Below, in pieces: positions 62,401 to 64,000 of a stretch of 64,000 nucleotides of DNA. The DNA lies in assembly GCA_030141605.1 (NCBI GenBank), contig JAQGDQ010000181.1, positions 211,124-275,123 of the forward strand, read 5' to 3'. The notes beneath the pieces are model-generated. The model saw only the letters and a program-made list of their open reading frames with translations, searched no databases and was not told where the DNA came from. How positions within the stretch are numbered: position 1 is the stretch's first letter; each line of letters begins with the position of its first letter. Origin of the DNA: Tubiluchus corallicola (lineage: Eukaryota; Animalia; Priapulida). The position numbers and the translations under genes were made by a program.

Positions 62401-63551
62401 CTAACTGCGTACACCAGCTACGTATTCATTACTGCGGACACGTAGAAAACTTGGCTAAATAAAGGTTAAATGGTTAGTGATTTTCTAAATGGTTACACCA
62501 GTTAGTGGTCTGTTAAATGGTTAACTGTCTCAGTCCTAGTTCTTGCGAGTGCAAAACCAAATCTTAATAATTGCATTATGGAAATAAAAAGTCACGACAA
62601 TGATTTATACAAGATGCGACAATCAAAAGTAAACAAACTGCCGAAGTTTAATGTAAATATGTGTATATCGCAGTAAGCTTAACAGAGATTATATAGTTTA
62701 AACAGCAAATAAGAATATGGGTTTCATGGCTTTTGTTAATATGTGACTTTGAATAATAAAGTTAAAATGTTATGTACAATTAATTTTTCTAGAGAATTTT
62801 ACTTTACCTTTAACTAAAGTTTTGTCTATAGAGGTTTCTAGAAGTCGAGCTATGTGACACTTACGGCATAAATTATGTTGGTAGACATTAAATCCACTTG
62901 ATTAGAGTTTTTTCTACTCAGTACTATTTTTGATATAATTACAATTCAAGTTTTGTTTTATTTTCCTCAGTTGCAGTCAATGCCAAAATTTTGATTAAAT
63001 AAAAATAAAACTTAAAAAAATCATAAAAATGACGGTCTGAACCTTCGAAAATTTGACTACAAAAGTTACAATGTGTATGCAAAGCACTAGACTTCAGAGA
63101 TTAAAACAAACACGTATAGAGATCAAAATAATTACTAATACCATTGTATTATACCAGAAACAAAGAACAACAAACTGGCGGCATACATTTTCCACCGCAA
63201 TATGCCCAACCTTTCCTACCATGGAGATCATGGGATCTCTACAAAGACCAAAAATACAACTTCTCAAAAATGGAAAATTCAGTGTGCTGAATTGGTCTTC
63301 AAATCAACGTCAGAACATTGCATCATTAGTGGCATTTGTATAAAGTTAGTTGTTTTCATTTCTATTAAAACTTACTACAATACATAATACATATATATAT
63401 ACAATGGTAATCTTTTTTATATTGTCTAATTTAAATAAGGCGTACCTCCCTTTCCGTTGGAAAAAATCCAAGTGCTCTCATCATATAGGGGAGTTCATCT
63501 ACTTGCAAAGTCGTAGTCACTTTGTACGGATCCATAGAATCCAGTCCCTGG
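50405..63551 (-). CDS. CFAP251: Cilia- and flagella-associated protein 251 (WDR66), last four coding exons
   Basis: Exons 63551-63446 (QGLDSM..ELPYMMRALGFFPTERE), 52583-52493 (IEDMVNEIKYS..IDLDTFIR), 51398-51276 (LYINHRP..MLQSQ), 50598-50405 (GEHMSEPEL..SEILGF); GT-AG and phase-compatible; matches the EF-hand-like C-terminus of CFAP251 as I recall it. Confidence 0.88.
52963..53149. repeat. 63-bp tandem triplication
   Basis: CCCTTGTAATTTAAAAATGAAACGTTACATGACATGGCAGTTCCACAACTTCTACTGTTCCAT x3, near-identical. Confidence 0.92.
53400..58582 (+). mobile_element. Near full-length, decayed two-ORF CR1/L2-group LINE (Crack/Daphne-like)
   Basis: ORF1 53535-54448 (coiled coil, frameshift near 54014, VHRIP..PPIIVKF..ECLTPARKALF..GYKFVWT); ORF2 ~55685-58150 with PHD-like N-terminus, APE endonuclease motifs (HVNIRGL, SETWL, LIDNIFTN, TDHLPI), RT motifs (DLSKAFDTVNH, GVP*GSVLGPLLF, FADDT); 3' stem-loop 58382-58424; (AAACTTAT)n tail. 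5' boundary approximate. Confidence 0.88.
60423..61544 (+). CDS. C2H2 zinc-finger protein, 373 aa, nested antisense in a CFAP251 intron
   Basis: Uninterrupted ORF; isolated fingers CTAC..HTRMWH and CRIC..HMKSH plus three tandem fingers with HTGEKRYPC and HTGERPYKC linkers; acidic middle region. Confidence 0.88.
   Translation: MDTGDVDNLDIYYKCTACSECFMAEDVFFVHTRMWHCKILVCQGQDSSTCVNICENPCSAMSKPNVDDLRVEEMTMEELLVNIKEETQQTNLDNVDAENASEVNAISDARSMLLTNTDETDSPYINTTLENHYDNNITRETAIVDADNLQVQLVDTAAELTKNSRPYEQESLEWNYNLSLISKQYKCRICYRSMPSKTSLRRHMKSHQRRFDEYITNDMMNQPMRTFAEPIIEVPDNKTIVKKRLTTSKPVQKKLSLAQRRSASQNKQIRKQFVQQSGQPLEYTVMNYQRYCCTKCPDTFGTAAGLKYHMTSKHTGEKRYPCSVCGQCFARQYVLTCHIRTHTGERPYKCELCHKAFAQLGTLHRHKQVHQRV
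62100..62538. mobile_element. hAT-type MITE with GGTTAA subterminal repeats
   Basis: Degenerate TIRs TACAGTTGAGATGGTTA / TAACTGTCTCAGTCCTA; 8-bp flanks GTTCTTAC / GTTCTTGC. Confidence 0.55.
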
Positions 63552-64000
63552 CTAAAAATATGATCTATGTTTTAAAGTTTCAAGGTAGTACAGTGTTGCG
63601 TGTTGCAGAAAAATGCACAGTTGCATAGTACAGTGCAGTGTCATGTGGTGCAGTACATCACACTGTAGAATACTATAATGCAGTGCAATGCTGTAGTGGG
63701 ATGCAGTGTAATGTTGTGAAATGTAATATGTCGCATACCATAATAGAGTACAGTAGAGTCACAAACAGTATAATATTGTTATTACTTGCAACGGAATTTG
63801 TATTCAATTATGTTGTGATTATGATGTGTCAGTCCAGAGTCTCACTTACACGCACTGCTTTAGAAAATCTAGAATGAACTGGTTTATACAGCTGCTTTTC
63901 TTCTCAATCTTTTGGTAATTTTAACAGTGCAATCCAATAAGCAGTATACACTACTAATGGTCAGTATAACTGACGTATAACATAATGTCAATCATTTTCG

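Overview
AT-rich, intron-containing animal (invertebrate-like) genomic DNA; no prokaryotic features. Genes reconstructed by reading splice sites and frames by eye: the last exon of a single-pass membrane protein (2152-2443,+); an 8-exon WSB1-like WD40-SOCS box gene (14464-35131,+); a 7-exon, 706-aa TLR-ectodomain-like LRR protein with no TIR domain (38073-43811,-); an intronless GT10 alpha-1,3-fucosyltransferase (48557-49768,+); the last four exons of CFAP251/WDR66 (50405-63551,-), whose 10.9-kb intron holds a decayed CR1/L2-group LINE and a nested antisense C2H2 zinc-finger gene. The largest mobile element is a nearly intact 8.27-kb LTR retrotransposon (15322-23588; 5-bp TSD, tRNA-Leu PBS) with gypsy-type enzymes in PR-INT-RT-RH order (Gmr1-like) and a SCAN-like capsid, apparently inside WSB1 intron 1. 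There are also RTE and CR1/L2 remnants, hAT and Tc1/mariner MITEs, a SINE and several minisatellites. Best candidates for something undescribed: a 66-bp (22-codon) array that repeats a 3' splice site nine times inside the LRR gene, two further arrays at WSB1 splice signals, and a Rho_N/SAP-like domain at the start of the Gmr1-like Gag. All homology calls are from motif recognition, not database searches.
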